A stretch of 64,000 bases of DNA from an archaeon (GTDB lineage Archaea; Nanobdellota; Nanobdellia; Pacearchaeales; GW2011-AR1), in assembly GCA_043810865.1 (NCBI GenBank), contig JBDRNS010000005.1, positions 2,821 to 66,820 of the forward strand, given 5' to 3'. The position numbers and the translations under genes are program-made. The number at the start of each line of letters is the position of its first letter. Within the stretch, counting starts at the first letter, position 1. A model generated the notes under the pieces. The model saw nothing but the letters and a program-made list of their open reading frames with translations. It was not told where the DNA came from and did not search any database. This document shows positions 61,656-64,000 of the stretch, piece by piece.

Positions 61656-62651
61656 TTATTTCTGACTTATAATTTCATTGACAAGTTTTGCCATTACCTG
61701 CAAAAATTCTTCTGCACGTTCTTGCCATTCATCTATTTCAACGCCTTTCAAGTCGTTTATTTCGCGATGGACAATTTTTTTGTGCAGCATTAACAAATCT
61801 CTGTACCAAAGAACGTATTTCATTTTCAGCATGTTTTTATTTACAAAATTTTCCTTCAAATCGAGAGCGATGTTTTCCGGAGAGGAAGGCATTATTCCAA
61901 GAGCAATCAAAGCGGCTTGCGCGGAATCAACCATTGCCCAATACAATCCTTCGACAGAACTCATTTCTGCTGTCTTGCTGTTTAAGATATGAATGGGTGC
62001 ACGTTCAAGCAAACTGTGAACTGATTCAGGTGTTGCTTTTATTTTTCCCGCCAGAAGAAGATATTTCAACGGTTCAAAAAATCCGCCGAAGTCAATAAGT
62101 GATTCTCCGTCGCGAATTATGTTTATAACAACAGGATCTCCTCTTAACAAGTCCTCCCACCAGGTTGTCAGTTTTATCGTGTTTATGTGCAGGTCCTTTT
62201 TGTAAGGATTTTTTCTGACAAGTTTTTCAAGTTCTTCCCTGTACCATGCGATGAGTTCCTGATCCCATCTTATTGTTGCGTCGTCGATAATAATCATTAT
62301 GTCTATGTCAGAACCGCGCGTGTTTTCCTGTTTTGCCGTCGAGCCAAAGAGGATAACTGATTTTATTATTTTATTGAACTGCTGATATGCTTTTGTTGCA
62401 AAGTCAAGTGCAATCTCGGGTTCTGTTCTTAACTGTAATGTCGGCGTGTCTCTTACACTTTCAACTTTTCTCTTTTTCTCTTTTTTTATTTTGTGGTGAA
62501 TTGCAGGAGATTTTATTTTTTTGTGTTTTTTCACACGCACTTTTTTATGCTTGTGATGTCTTTGCTTTTTTTTAGAGCTTTTGCTTTTATGTCTCTTAGA
62601 TTTTTCCAAACCTTTTTTCAATTTTGAAAGAAATTTGTCCTCTTTGTCCAT
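61656..62651 (-). CDS. minimal nucleotidyltransferase + HEPN-like protein with Lys/His-rich N-terminus
   Basis: LFGSTAK...SDIDI, RDGESLID, LYWAMVDSAQAAL; SD GAGGTG. Confidence 0.82.
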   Translation of the reverse strand: MDKEDKFLSKLKKGLEKSKRHKSKSSKKKQRHHKHKKVRVKKHKKIKSPAIHHKIKKEKKRKVESVRDTPTLQLRTEPEIALDFATKAYQQFNKIIKSVILFGSTAKQENTRGSDIDIMIIIDDATIRWDQELIAWYREELEKLVRKNPYKKDLHINTIKLTTWWEDLLRGDPVVINIIRDGESLIDFGGFFEPLKYLLLAGKIKATPESVHSLLERAPIHILNSKTAEMSSVEGLYWAMVDSAQAALIALGIMPSSPENIALDLKENFVNKNMLKMKYVLWYRDLLMLHKKIVHREINDLKGVEIDEWQERAEEFLQVMAKLVNEIISQK

Positions 62652-62725
62652 TTACACCTCTTTATTATATATCTTACAACATATATTATGTATTTTTAGT
62701 TTTTAAATTTTGTTTATTTGTATCA

Positions 62726-63024
62726 TTCGCTTTGCTCGTTCGGATTGATGATTAAAATTTTTTTGTTAATCTGTTCCCCGCCCACCCACCTCTCAAAAAT
62801 AATTAATAAGAAAAGATTTCTTAGCGATGATATTAGAATCACAAACAATTTGTTTTGTTTTTGTAAATTAGGTTCGCTCCAAAGTCGCCCGTGATTATCT
62901 GGCTCGGTTCCAGACATTCGTCAAGGAATTTCGCTTAAAGAAATATTAATACATTAAATTTATCTGTGGAAAATTCGAGCAGAGCCGGATTTGGAATTGT
63001 ATTAATAGTGAGCGGTAGCGACGG
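62726..63024 (+). repeat. dispersed repeat element, copy K (composite; G-tract core 62776-62790)
   Basis: TTCGCTTTGCTCGTTCGGATTGAT, CCCCGCCCACCCACC, AAGATTTCTTAGC..TTAGAA, TTCGCTCCAAAGTCGCCCG, right GTGAGCGGTAGCGAC. Confidence 0.8.
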
Positions 63025-63039
63025 AAATTTTCATAAAAT

Positions 63040-64000
63040 TTATTCCATCGGCGTTCCGCCCATTCTGCTTCCGCCTCTTTGCTGTCTTTGTCCGCCGAGT
63101 TCTGCCGGAAGATTTGAAAATCCTGCGCCGAATGTTTCGTAATTTATCGGAGGGAGCATGCCGCCGTAACCACCGAAGTAACCCTGTGTCAAGCCAACTG
63201 CCTGATTCCAATACGGTGCTGTTCCTGAATAAAACGGAGAGCCAAGTGCTTCAAATGTAGGCCCTATAGGAGATGTTTTTTGGAACTGCCACCAGTGCGC
63301 TGCCTCGACAATTTGTCTTACATCGTCAACTTTTCCGCCTTTTTTTCTAAGAGCATCCATTACTTCCTTGAAATCAACGTTTCCCATTCCCATCGGAAGT
63401 TCTACATTTTCCATTCCGAAATTATCTGAAAGATGGACATGCTTCAGGAACGGCGCAACTTTTTCCGCTTCTTTGATAATTTCCTCGCTTGTAAAACCAA
63501 ACTGCCTCAACTGATTTATGTGCCCGACATCCCATGTGACGCCGATTAATTTTTCCGCTTGTTTTTTTGCATCTGATGCAGACATGCCTTTTTCTGTAGC
63601 TTTCATGATAAACTGTTTTCTTGAGCCCTCAACCATTTTTTTTACATCTTCTGCTCTTGAGAGTCCGAAGCCGGCAGGAGGATTTTCAATGCTGATTATC
63701 GGTGATTTGTCCTTGAATTTATCATAAGCGGCGAATGCTGCGTTTCCGAAACTTTGCGCTGATTTTTCAAGAGCGAATGTTTCAGCCGGCTTGTAAATTT
63801 CAGGGTTAAGAGGACGTAAATCCTCCATAAGTTTTTGCATAGCAAATGAGGATTGATTTCTATTATGCGCTTCACCTAACCTTTTTCCAAATTCCTTAGA
63901 TATTTTCTTCAAACCTTCTCTTTTTTCTTCTGTTCCATATTTATATGCGCGATTAAAGAGTGTTTGAAGATGGGAATACATATCTTTTATTTGTTCCTCG
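63040..64000 (-). CDS. xylose-isomerase/AP-endonuclease-2 TIM-barrel protein (5' partial)
   Basis: ISIEN, TWDVGH, HVHLSDN metal ligands; frame open to window edge. Confidence 0.8.
   Translation of the reverse strand, partial: EEQIKDMYSHLQTLFNRAYKYGTEEKREGLKKISKEFGKRLGEAHNRNQSSFAMQKLMEDLRPLNPEIYKPAETFALEKSAQSFGNAAFAAYDKFKDKSPIISIENPPAGFGLSRAEDVKKMVEGSRKQFIMKATEKGMSASDAKKQAEKLIGVTWDVGHINQLRQFGFTSEEIIKEAEKVAPFLKHVHLSDNFGMENVELPMGMGNVDFKEVMDALRKKGGKVDDVRQIVEAAHWWQFQKTSPIGPTFEALGSPFYSGTAPYWNQAVGLTQGYFGGYGGMLPPINYETFGAGFSNLPAELGGQRQQRGGSRMGGTPME

Noticed and set aside
62723..62917. ORFs 62723..62917, 26253..26435 and 2263..2538
   Set aside because: They lie over repeat elements or promoters and have no protein-like features.

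Overview
AT-rich, gene-dense archaeal chromosome segment. Gene content (aIF5B, aIF2-gamma, eS6, eL24, eS28, eL8/L7Ae, eL33, uL16, Kae1, Dph2/Dph5, DTD2, TrmB) together with bacterial-type gyrA/gyrB, many short orphans and leaderless TATA promoters points to a DPANN archaeon, probably Pacearchaeota-like (inference). It holds about 75 CDS, three tRNAs (Ser-GGA and Ser-CGA with introns, Val-TAC) and a hicBA module; I found no rRNA, CRISPR array, transposase, integrase or reverse transcriptase. The main unexplained structure is a dispersed, modular 90-300 bp repeat family with 11 intergenic copies. Copies are bounded by inverted ends built on GAA-triloop mini-hairpins; several carry a GGGTGGGCGGGTGGG G-quadruplex motif, always on the minus strand regardless of flanking gene orientation. 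One further copy appears to sit in-frame inside kae1 (43 codons). Also notable: two tRNA-Ser introns sharing a 28/30-nt module, orphan genes inserted tightly into conserved operons, a GHMP-kinase/methyltransferase fusion, a minimal PolX, two homopolymer frameshifts and three small ORFs absent from the ORF track.
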